Positions 26,801-38,539 of a stretch of DNA of 64,000 nucleotides are shown piece after piece. Source of the DNA: Octopus sinensis (Eukaryota); NCBI RefSeq assembly GCF_006345805.1, contig NC_042997.1, forward strand, positions 173,476,001 through 173,540,000. The letters are read 5' to 3'. The notes below the pieces were generated by a model. It saw only the letters and a program-made list of their open reading frames with translations. It was not told the DNA's origin and made no database searches. Positions within the stretch are counted from its first letter, which is position 1. Every line of letters starts with the position of its first letter. A program made the translations under genes and the position numbers.

Positions 26801-26945
26801 TATATGGATCAGGAATGGGTGTGTGTGCTTGGATTTGTCCGTGTATGCGTGGGCGCTTCAGTATGTGTAAAAGTATGTGTATGCGTGCATACCCGTGTGA
26901 GTGAGTGTGTGCTGCGTGCGTGCGTCCGTATGTGTGTGTGTGTGC

Positions 26946-26984
<39 letters not shown>

Positions 26985-27089
26985 GTTGGATGGCGCTTGC
27001 CATATAATCCTGTTGTTAAACAATGAAGAATTATGTTCAGAAATAATTCTCCAAATCCTTACTGCTCTACGTCTCTATCATACATCATC

Positions 27090-27326
27090 TTATTTCTTTA
27101 TTGCCCACAAGGGGCTTAAACATAGAGGGGACAAACAAGGACAGACAGACAGACGGATGAAGTCGATTATATCGACCCCAGTGCGTAACTGGTACTTAAT
27201 TTATCGACCCCGAAAGGATGAAAGGCAAAGTCAACCTCAGCGGAATTTGAACTCAGAACGTAGCGGCAGACGAAATGCCGCTAAGCATTTCGCCCAGCGA
27301 TCTAACGTTTCTGCCAGCTCGCCGCT
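27090..27326 (-). mobile_element. SINE family A with 13-bp TSD
   Basis: ATCATACATCATC at 27077-27089 and 27331-27343. Confidence 0.9.
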
Positions 27327-27566
27327 TTTTATCATACATCATCATACATTATCTGCTCACCGTTTTCCTCTTTTTATGATCTTTCTTCGACAAGTTTTTT
27401 CTTTAATTTACCAACTTCTCCGTTCAGGAACTTAATCGTTATCTTTTTCCACTTTACAATTTCAAAATTTATTCGCATTCATTGCTTATCGCAATTTGTC
27501 TTTTCTTTCTTCGCCAACTTCTTCACACATTGATCTAACCACTTTTTCTTTTACTTATTTCCTTTA

Positions 27567-27835
27567 TGCGTGTTGCGTGTTCTCGAGCAAGGCACTTTAT
27601 TTCACGTTGCTCCAGTTCACTCAGCTGTAGAAATGAGTTGCGACGTCACTGGTGCCAAGCTGTATCGACCTTTGTCTTCCCCTTTGATAACACTGGTGGC
27701 GTGGAGAGGGGAGGCTGGTATGCATGGGCGACTGCTGGCCTTTCATAAACAAGCTTGCCCGGACTTGTGTCTAGGAGGGTAACTTTCTAGGTGCAATCCC
27801 ATGGTCATTCATGACCGAAGGGGGTCTTTACCCTT
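27567..27835 (+). mobile_element. 5'-truncated SINE family D (central domain GCAAGGCACTTTATTTCACGTTGCTCCAG)
   Basis: Central domain shared with 30940-31000(-) and 56230-56275; flanks repeat TTATTTCCTTTATG. Confidence 0.75.
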
Positions 27836-28107
27836 TATTTCCTTTATGGGACTGCGGCCATACAGGGGCATGAGATTGAGGGTGTAGTCGAACAAATCTA
27901 ATCCCGTTCTTATTTTTAAGTCTCGTATTTATTCTATCGTTTTTGTTGAACAGCTTGGTTACGGGACATAAACGAACAACGGTTGTTAAGTTGTGCGATG
28001 AAATGTAAAGTTGACCTCGGCGGAATTTGAACTCAGAAGTCGAGCGAACTGAAATTTTTGGATAGTCGATTTCATGAACCCCAGTGATTGAGTGGTACTT
28101 ATTTTAT

Positions 28108-28520
28108 CGGCGAGCTGGCAGAAACGTTAGCACGCCGGGCGAAATGCTTAGCGGTATTTCGTCTGCGTTACGTTGTGAGTTCAAATTCCGCCGAGGTCGA
28201 CTTTGCCTTTCATCCTTTCGGGGTCAATAAATTAAGTACCAGTTACGCACTGGGGTCGATGTAATCAACTTAATACCTATGTCTGTCCTTGTTTGTCCCC
28301 TCTGTGTTTAACCCTTTGTGGGTAGTAAAGAAAGAGGTATTTCGTCCGTCTTTACGTTCTATGTTCAAATTCCGCTAAGGTCGACTTTGCCTTTCATCCT
28401 TTCGGGGTCGATAAATTAAGTACCAGTTACGCACTGGGGTCGATGTAATCGACTTAATACCTATGTCTGTCCTTGTTTGTCCGCTCTGTGTTTAGCCCCT
28501 TGTGGGTAATAAAGAAATAG
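28108..28520 (+). mobile_element. SINE family A dimer nested in an older opposite-strand copy (~28060-28650)
   Basis: GGTACTTATTTTATCGG on both sides; second unit starts at GGTATTTCGTC. Confidence 0.88.
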
Positions 28521-29449
28521 GTACTTATTTTATCGGTCCGGAAAAGATGAAAAGCAAAGTCGACCTCGGCGTAATTTGAAGTCAGTACGTAAAGTCGGAC
28601 AAAATGTCGCTAAGCATTTCTTCCGGCTGCTTCAACAGTTCAGCCGGCTCGCTATTGTAAATGAGGTTTCAATGGAAAACAATTATCAAGATAGCACGCA
28701 GTGGGAATGAACCCGCTACCTTTTGACTGACAACGAACATCATAACCATTCGGTCATATCCGCAACACCTACACACACCACACCTACATACACACACTCA
28801 CATACACACACACCACACCATACATATATATATGTGCATATTGATGCATAAATACGTATGCCTGCGTATACGAATATATATAAATTTAAATACTTGCATA
28901 TATATGGGCGTATATATACATGTTTATATGTGTGTGTGCATGTATATATATATATGTATATATGTTTGTGCATATGTCTATGTGTGTTTGATTTTATGTA
29001 TATCTTTCTGTGTGTGCATATACAGTCAGATACATCCATAGAACCAAACACAAATGTCAGTATGTGTCCGGTCAATAATAGAGTGTGTGATTATTGTCTG
29101 ATTTAACCAGCATCACTTTTATCTAAAATGGTCACCGTCTTAATCCTTTCTACTTCCATTAGCTTAATGATATAAGATATATAAAGATCAAGATAGTTTA
29201 TTTGCTACCTAAAGCTGCTCTTCGCCCGGGTTTGTAATTGAATCAACTAGAATCGACCAACGCATGCATGCTTCACGCTGCAAGATTTCGCTAATCATTA
29301 ATGAGAATAAATGGACTGCAATCGACTAACAAGCAAGGAAGATCACGTTAGCTGACCGACCGAAGAAACTGAAAGTGAAAGTGAGGCTAATGATGGATGA
29401 TGATGATGATAATAATAATCATGACAATGATGATGACGATGATGATAAC

Positions 29450-29517
<68 letters not shown>

Positions 29518-30077
29518 TGCTGATGATGATGATACTGATAATTATTATTGCTATTGCCACAAGGAGGTGCCGAGGAAGAGATGTTACATGCGTAGGTTGG
29601 GAAAACAGTAATAATAAAATAAGCAGGAGAGACAAACAACAAGCAAACTGCTTCGCAAGATTAGATTGTCTCTTTACGTTCAGATCTATTTCTTGTCAAC
29701 TCAGCAACGTTAATTTGCCGACATCAAGGGCAATCAGTGTTTATGAGGTATCATCATACACAAGAAGGAAAATAAAATACAATTACAAAATTAAAATTAA
29801 ATATCTACTATTCTTTCAGACCAAAAAAAAAAAAAAAAGACCAAACGTCATAATAATCACAAACAAAACGTTGACATTAAATTAATTATATTATCTCCTT
29901 GCGACTCTTTAGTATATGCTTAGAGTCATTATATTTTTATCCAGCCTTACCATAATTGTAACAGATGTGTAGAAGAGCAGGTTCGCGTATGTTCAGGATG
30001 TATATTTAGTCGTATAAATGGGGTTGGAGGAATATCTAACTTTCGTAGAGTTTCTATTAAATATATTTCAATAGTTA

Positions 30078-30468
30078 GGAGTGGGTGTGTGGTGAGTAGC
30101 TTGCTTACCAACCACATGGTTCCGGGTTCAGTCCCACTGCGTGGCACCTTGGGCAAGTGTCTTCTACTATAGCCTCGGGCTGACTAAAGTCTTGTGAGTG
30201 GATTTGGTAGACGAAAACTGAAAGAAGCCCGTCGTATATATATGTATATGTATATATGTTTGTGTGTCTGTGTTTGTTCCCCCAACATCGCTTGACAACC
30301 GTTGCTGATGTGTTTACGTCCCCGTACCTTAGCGGTTCGGCAAAAGAGACCGATAGAATAAGTACTAGGCTTACATAGAATAAGTCCTGGGGTCGATTTG
30401 CTCGACTAAAGGCGGTGCTTCAGCATGGCCGCAGTCAAATGACTGAAACAAGTAAAAGAGTAAAAGAG
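30078..30468 (+). mobile_element. SINE family B, full length
   Basis: tRNA-like head, internal TA/TG tract, AAAAGAGT tail. Confidence 0.9.
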
Positions 30469-30544
30469 TTATTTGAAATACTGGCAGGGCAACAGTATTT
30501 TGTTTTGTAACCATAATATACTGCCAAGTAAAACTAAATAACTG

Positions 30545-31078
30545 GTACTCCGTCGGTTACGACGAAGTGGATTCCAGTTGATCCGATCAACAGAACAACC
30601 TGCTCATAAAATTAATGTGAAAGTGGCTGAGCACTCCACAGACTCATGAACATTTAACGTAGTTCTCAAAGAGAGTTTCGTTCGATCCGATCAACGGAAC
30701 AGCCTGCTCATGAAATTAATATGCAAGTGGTTGAGCACTCCACAGACACGCCTGTACTAAACGTAGTCATCAGGAAGAGAGAGAGAGTTTCATTCGATCC
30801 GATCATCATCGGAATAGCTTGCATGTAAAATTAAGGTGCAAGTGGCTGAGCACTCTAAAGACGCGTGCACCTTTAGCGTAGTTGTCAGGGAGTTTCAGGA
30901 TGTGACAAAGCTAGCCCTTCGAAATGCAGGTATTTCTCATTTTAGTCAGCTGAGTTTACTGAAAAAAACGTCAAATAAAATGCCTTGCCCAAGGACACAA
31001 TGCACCGCAGGAAATCGAACTCACGACCTTACGATCATGAACCCAAACCCCCTAACCACTCCGCTTCGCGTCTTCACT
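30545..31078 (-). mobile_element. tRNA-derived SINE (family D core, type-2 tail) with triplicated tail segment
   Basis: Head GTGGTTAGGGG...GAGTTCGATTTCC on minus; GATCCGATCA...GAGCACTCCACAGAC module present three times. Confidence 0.85.
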
Positions 31079-31456
31079 CTCCACCAAATATATTACAAGT
31101 ATGTACGTCAATACTCTACCTTACCCTGTGTTAACAGTGTTATAATTTCATTGTGAAGGCCATCTGTATAAATTGATAGCCAACACAGTTAAATACGACG
31201 TTTCCTAAACTATACATTATTTACATAGACGCATTTGTTTACGCAACTTATAACTTGGAGCGCTAGCTCTGAATTATATTTAAAATCTATAGAGATAACC
31301 TTAAAAAATTCAATTGTTGCAGTCGTAAGGGAGATTGTCAGTGAAAGGCTTATGCAATGTCAGGCGAAAAGCTATGAAGGATCTTTTGTTTAATCATACT
31401 TTACGTCTAAAGTATTTCTGTCAATTTAGATTATTATAATTACAAGCAGAAACAAA

Positions 31457-32025
31457 GTGGCGAGCTAGCAGAATCGTTAACATGCTGGACGAAATGCTTA
31501 GCGGTATAATTAAGTACCAGCTACGCACTGGGGTCGATATAATGGACTTAATCCGTTTGTCTGTCCTTGTTTGTTCTCTCTGTGTTTAGCCCCTTGTGGG
31601 TAGTAAAGAAATAGGTATTTCGCTAGTCGCAAAAGGCGGCGAATTGGCAGAAACGTTAGCACGCCGTGCGGAATGCGTAGCCGTATTTCGTCTGCCGTTA
31701 CGTTCTGAGTTCAAATTACGCCGAGGTCGACTTTGCCTTTCATCCTTTCGGGGCCGATTAAATAAGTACCAGTTACGCACTGGGGTCGATATAATCGACT
31801 TAATCCGTTTGTGTGTCCTTGTTTCCCCTCTGTGTTTAGCCCCTTGTGGGTAGTAAAGAAATAGGTATTTCGTCTGCCGCTACGTTCTGAGTTCAAATTA
31901 TGCCGAGGTAGACTTTGCCTTTCGTCCTTTCGGAGTCGATAAAATAAGTACCAGTTAAGTACTGGGGTCAATCTAATCGACTCTTTCCCACCTTCTCCGA
32001 GCTACCCTTGTGCCAAAAAAGATTG
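31457..32025 (+). mobile_element. Cluster of SINE family A copies (deleted copy, then dimer)
   Basis: 31457-31622 internally deleted; 31635-32025 dimer with junction AAAGAAATAGGTATTTCGTC. Confidence 0.88.
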
Positions 32026-32135
32026 AAATAATAATTACAGGTAGGAAGATACCCTATAAACGGGTTTCTGTTAATATTTCTGTTAATACCTGCATTATAT
32101 ATAAGTGTGTATATATCTATCTCTGTATATATATA

Positions 32136-33362
32136 CAGGGGTTGGACAAAATAATGGAAACACCTTAAAATTTCAAACAAATTTATTTTCATATGGTGTA
32201 GGACCGCTTTTGGCGGTAAATACAGCTTGAATTCTACGAGATATGGACTCGTACAAAGTTGGAATTGTTTCCAAAGGAATTTTTGTCCTTTCTTCAGCTA
32301 AAACAGACTCCAGTTCTTGTAGTGATGATGATGGAGGATATCGACTCCATATTTGTTTTTTTCTAAAATGCACCATAAATATTCAATAATATTGAGATTT
32401 GGGGACTGTGGTGGCCAGATAAGATGATCAACTGCACTGGAATGTTCCTCGTGCCATTCAGTAATAACTTTAGCTGTGTGAATTGGTACATTATCATCCT
32501 GAAAGACTGCGTTTCTCTCCGGAAACAGTTCCGCAAACATAGGATGAATTTGCTCAGATAAAATGCTTAAATAGTCTAGACTATTTATTCTGCCATGAAG
32601 GGAAACCATTGGGGCAGCGGATTTCCAAGATATAGCCCCGCCCCGACCATCACAGATCCTCCTCACTGTTTAACAGTTGGAAGAATGTAGTCTGGGTCAA
32701 ATGGTTCTATTGGCTGTCTTCGCACGTCTACACGGCTGGTGGTCGGAAATGAGGTAAAGAATGATTCGTCCGAGAAACTGCTCTAGGGACCAATTCTGTA
32801 GGTTTTTACTCCACTCAAAACGCTCTGCAACATTTGTTTTTAAACGTAGTGATTTTCTGATTGCAGCACTCCCGTGAAATCTGGCTTTGTGCAGCTGAAG
32901 GTGGTCACTAAGCTCTACAGTGATTTTGGGAGCTATACTTTTGTGATCGTTTCTAACAACTCGCGTAAGTGTCCGGCGGTCCCTATCTGAAAGTTTTGGT
33001 TTTCTTCCGGAGATTTGTTTCGACGAGGAGCTTTTTCCCACTTTCTCAAAAGCTGTCATTACTTTCGAGACAGTACTTCTTGATACGCCAAACATTACGG
33101 CTGTTTTCGTTACGCTAACGCCTGCCATACGAGCACCAACAATTCGACTTCTTTGAAAGTCCGATAGATCTGTCATTTTAATGAATTTTAATTACATTTT
33201 TCTAATGATATCTGAAAAGAAACAGTAATTTTAGCGAAACATATTAAGCAACGCTAATGATATATCCCAAAATATAAAAACAAAACTTTTGACGGTTTTA
33301 TAGATATTTCAATGTTATGATGCTATGATGGTAGGTGTTTCCATTATTTTGTCCAACCCCTG
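32136..33362 (-). mobile_element. Tc1-like DNA transposon, 1227 bp, DD36E spacing
   Basis: Perfect 30-bp TIRs CAGGGGTTGGACAAAATAATGGAAACACCT; TA flanks; transposase motifs FQDDN and WPPQSPNLNIIE. Confidence 0.95.
32200..33176 (-). pseudogene. Frameshifted Tc1-family transposase
   Basis: HTH N-terminus MTDLSDFQRSRIVGARMAG...GRKPKL; DDE region split across ORFs 32697-33176, 32298-32666 and 32173-32376. Confidence 0.92.
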
Positions 33363-33387
33363 TATATATAATATATATATATATATA

Positions 33388-33425
<38 letters not shown>

Positions 33426-33950
33426 TATATTATACATAACACGCACACATATCTGTCTATCAATCTGGATATACGTGTGTGTGTGTGTGTGTGTGTGTGT
33501 ATCTGTGTGGCACGTATGTATTCGTATGCATATGTGTGTTGTGTATATGTGTGATGTCTATGGCGGGAATTGTAGTCCACTACAAATTCGGAAAGTTGCT
33601 CTTCTTCTCTGCAGGAGAGACACACGTTCGCTCTCTTGAGTCTGATAGATATCACTTTCTAGTTTCATTTTTCTTTTTCGCTTCTCATCATTAACTCAAC
33701 CTGACCTCGTTGTCTCAGAGTAAACTTTACTTGACCAAAACTACTGAAAATATCAGTGAAGACTCACTTCACCGTAATAACCACAATACTAAATAACATT
33801 CTTTAATAGTCATAAATTTGACTTTGAATCTACAAAATAACATATTTAGGTATTAAAGTATTTGAATATGATAAGAAAATTTCTATCGCTCTGCTGCTAT
33901 TTTCAGTAATTTAGACAAAAATGCTATCCTCCGTCCATCACATGTATATA

Positions 33951-34234
33951 TCTTTATATATAAAAGTGAAGTTGTGTGAGTGTCTGTCTCCTACGATTTA
34001 GATTCCTAACTACTCCCACATTTTGCGGTGCAGTTTAACCCAAAGCGTGTATCTTATAGTCGTGATTCATATCGAGCCCTTCTGGGTATTAGCGTGCGTC
34101 TACGATGAGTCTCCGATTTAAAAAAATACCATTTTTAATGCATTTTTTGCTATTATTAAGGGAAGTAACTCTCTAAAAATGCTTATATAGTTATTTCCCT
34201 TACAAACCCGAGCAACGCCGGGCGATACTGCTAG
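33951..34234 (+). mobile_element. Non-autonomous Helitron, 284 bp
   Basis: A|TC 5' end (TCTTTATATATAAAAG); 3' hairpin CCCG-AGCAACGC-CGGG; CTAG|T end; no TSD. Confidence 0.85.
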
Positions 34235-34533
34235 TCTTCGTATAAATACATGCATTATATATACTTGTGCGTACACGCGCGCGTTTCGTGTGTGTGAGTG
34301 CGCGCTCGCGTGTGTGCATATATGTATGTGCATGTGACTTAATGAATATATGTAAATACATGGATCTACACAGTTTGATAAAAGATGCTAATAATCAGTA
34401 ATGTATGCAATTATGCATGATGCATTGAAGTGCAACTTTTATATAAACATGAGTTACGTGAATTCTGTTGCGCAACGGTTACGATATAAACACACACACA
34501 TACAAATGTGTGTAGTTGCTACCGATCTATACA

Positions 34534-34567
<34 letters not shown>

Positions 34568-34887
34568 CATACATACATATATACATACATACATATATAC
34601 ATACATACATACATATATAGGCTTAAACACATTTGCACGCAAATATGAACATACACCTACGTATATCTACATACATAATTGATACGTGCATTCTTGTATA
34701 TATATATGCAAACGTTACATACAGTGAAACTTTCTATTTGGATATGTACATACATAAATATATGTGCATTCATACGTAAGTACAAGAACCATATGAATAT
34801 TATATGGAGGTGAGGAGTATATATATATATATATATATATTATATACATGTACATATATATACATATACATATACATATACACACAC

Positions 34888-34921
<34 letters not shown>

Positions 34922-35446
34922 GATATATTATATATATAGGTTATATAGATATGAGATAGATAATATACATACTATATATATATATATATACCTATACATA
35001 TACATATACATATACATATATATATATATATATTATATATATATATATATAAATACAAACAAACTTTTCTTTATATATAATATATATATATATTATATAT
35101 ATTTTGAAATAGAAAGATGAATAATCTTGTAGTAGATTATCAAAAGTTTAACCGATACCTAGTAGCAAAATCACAGCAGTGAACAGCACGGTTGGAGGTA
35201 CAACCATCTGGCGTAGCAACGTGGTTGGTGCGGATATGAAATTAAAAAATATGGTGAATTGAAGAAAATGGAGCTGAACGCAGATTGAACAGAAATCGTT
35301 TTATTTCATTTATTTCTTCAATTCACCAATAATGTTTTATATATATATATATATGATAATATATTATTTCATGTATACTTGAACACATAAACGCACACAT
35401 TCTAGAAACGCATCTATCTAACTATCTGTCTGTCTCTCTATGTATC

Positions 35447-35480
<34 letters not shown>

Positions 35481-35490
35481 TGTATGTATG

Positions 35491-35545
<55 letters not shown>

Positions 35546-35838
35546 CATCTGGCTGACTGTTTATCCTTTTGGGGCTATATATAAATAAATATACATATAT
35601 ATATATATATAATATATATATATATAATATATATATATATATATAATATATATATATATATATGTATGTATGTATGTATGTATGCAAAATCATAGATATG
35701 TATAAGTGTGCCTGTTGGTGCATATAAATAAATATATTTAATATACGCACATACATATATACATATACATACATATATACACACACACACACACAAACAC
35801 ACACAAACACACACAAACACACACACACACACACACAC

Positions 35839-35869
<31 letters not shown>

Positions 35870-36567
35870 TGTATGTATGTATGTATGTATGTATATGGAT
35901 ACATATACATATTAATGCATTTGTACGTATAGAAATAGAAATATATGAAAGAGATACATTTATATACAAGTTTATTTCATACATATATGCACATATATTT
36001 ACACAGAAAAACGCGTACAAGCACACAGAGATATAGATGGTGATGTGTGCACGTATGTGTTTGTGCATATATGAGGGACAAGATATAAAAAGGTGTGGAA
36101 TGCATATTCGACAAGGGATATAGCATATGCGTCATAAATGTAAATATGTGCGTATGCTTTTGAAAGTGAGTGGATACCTACGAAAGTTTGTTTATGTATG
36201 TATGTATGTATGTATGTATGTATGTATGTATATGTATGTATGTATGTATGTATGTATTTATGTATGTATGATTGCAAGCATGTCTGTATGCATGTATGTC
36301 TGTCTTTATGAATGCATGCATATATGTATGTACGTATGTGTGTATGTATAAATGAATCTATGTCTGCATGTATGAACTCATGTATGTATGCGTACATCTA
36401 TGTTTGCATGTATGCATGCATACATGCATGTATGTATGAATGTATGTATATATGCATGTATGTATGGATTTATCTATGTATTATATCAAAAATAAATATA
36501 TTTACTTTCTTATGTGTATATATATATATTAATATATACATACATACATATACATACATACATGCAA

Positions 36568-36627
<60 letters not shown>

Positions 36628-36763
36628 GTATATATATACATACACATATATATATACACGTGTATATATATATACCTACATATACATACACACACATATA
36701 TATAACAATTTATAAATACACAAATATTCTTACAAATATTATGTATATATACATTCATAATAT

Positions 36764-36835
<72 letters not shown>

Positions 36836-37085
36836 TTGTATATATATATATATATATATAATATATTATTATATATATATATATATGCATTATACATATA
36901 TATGTATTCATGCATCTATGCATGTATGCCGTATAATGTTGCTGCAATTATGTATAATTACATATGCAAGCATGCATGCTTGTGAGCATGATACATGCAT
37001 TTCTACTTTCATATGCAAGTGCAGGGATGCTTGTCTCTGCCTGCTCATTTTGTACAACTATGAACATAACTACATATTTATGAAA

Positions 37086-37119
<34 letters not shown>

Positions 37120-37566
37120 TGTGTGGAAGGGTATCTAACTGTCTATCTATGTATCTATATCTATCTATTTATATGTACGTATATGACTTCCATAATTTCT
37201 TGCACACAGTAATGCACACATTTTGCATCAATGTGAACGCATTCTTACTGTTACAGTAATCTCACAGGTGCACCAGCATCCAGACATGCATATGAACATG
37301 CACAGTCATATACCCTTACGACCACAGTCAGAGACACGCACCTACCTATTTAGCTAGACATGCACGTATGCACCTACAAAATCAAATGAAATCATACAAA
37401 ATTACATATAACACTCGTAAACCGATCTACTCGCGCAATGTAGGCGCACACGAAAACTATCAACTGACTCACGCACAAACGCTCACACACACACACACAC
37501 ATGCGCTCGCACACATGCATACATCTCAAGTTTTATGTAAAGTGTAAAAACCTGTACGTACATATG

Positions 37567-37601
<35 letters not shown>

Positions 37602-37636
37602 ATCCATATATATGTACATATATATATATATACGTA

Positions 37637-37676
<40 letters not shown>

Positions 37677-37709
37677 GTATATACGTATATATATATATAT
37701 ATATATATA

Positions 37710-37740
<31 letters not shown>

Positions 37741-37850
37741 GCACATTTATATTTGTATACATGTATATATAATATATATATATGCACACTTGTATGCATA
37801 TGCATATATATATATACACTTATATGCACACACACACACATATACATATA

Positions 37851-37898
<48 letters not shown>

Positions 37899-38539
37899 CG
37901 CAGCCGTGTATACGTACTTCCTTACATGACAAAAGATCTTGTGTACTTCCAGCATGATTGACAGTTGCTTAGGTTTGTGACCAGGCTGGGTGAATAATAT
38001 TGTGCTCCCTCCCATTCCACCTCTAACAAACTTACGTATATGCCACAAAATTGTCAAAAGACAGACAGATTGATTTACTCGAGGGAAAGTGGAAGTCAAC
38101 ACGTACAAAACAAATGGACAATCGGTCTCCATAGCGCCATCAGTGAACGGCAACAACAACAACAACAACAACAACAGCAGCAGCAGCAGATGCAGCAGCA
38201 ACAAAAACAACATCGTCAACAACAACGACAACTACAGAAACAGCAAGCAGCAACAGCCCAAAAAACAACAACAAGAATAGTAATTTTTTTTTTATTTGCC
38301 ACAGAGAGGCATCGGATGGGAGGAACAATACAAAGGTTGTTTAGAGTGTGTTTGTGTGTGTGTGTGTTTATGTCAGTGTGTGTGTTTGTGGGTGAGTCGG
38401 TGGATTTAGGTAAAACTTGAGGTGAAAGGAAAAGAAGGTGAATCGAGATAAAAGTATACGAAATATACAAAAATATGTGAATACATGAATGATGCAGTCC
38501 TCTCAATACTGGTGAACTTCTGACTTGAACCATTCAAGG

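Noticed and set aside
36312-37957. 315-aa and neighbouring ORFs
   Set aside because: (TA)n and (TATG)n tracts lack stop codons by composition.
38040-38420. Poly-Q and poly-N plus-strand ORFs
   Set aside because: (CAA/CAG)n repeat with no supporting splice or domain evidence on this strand.
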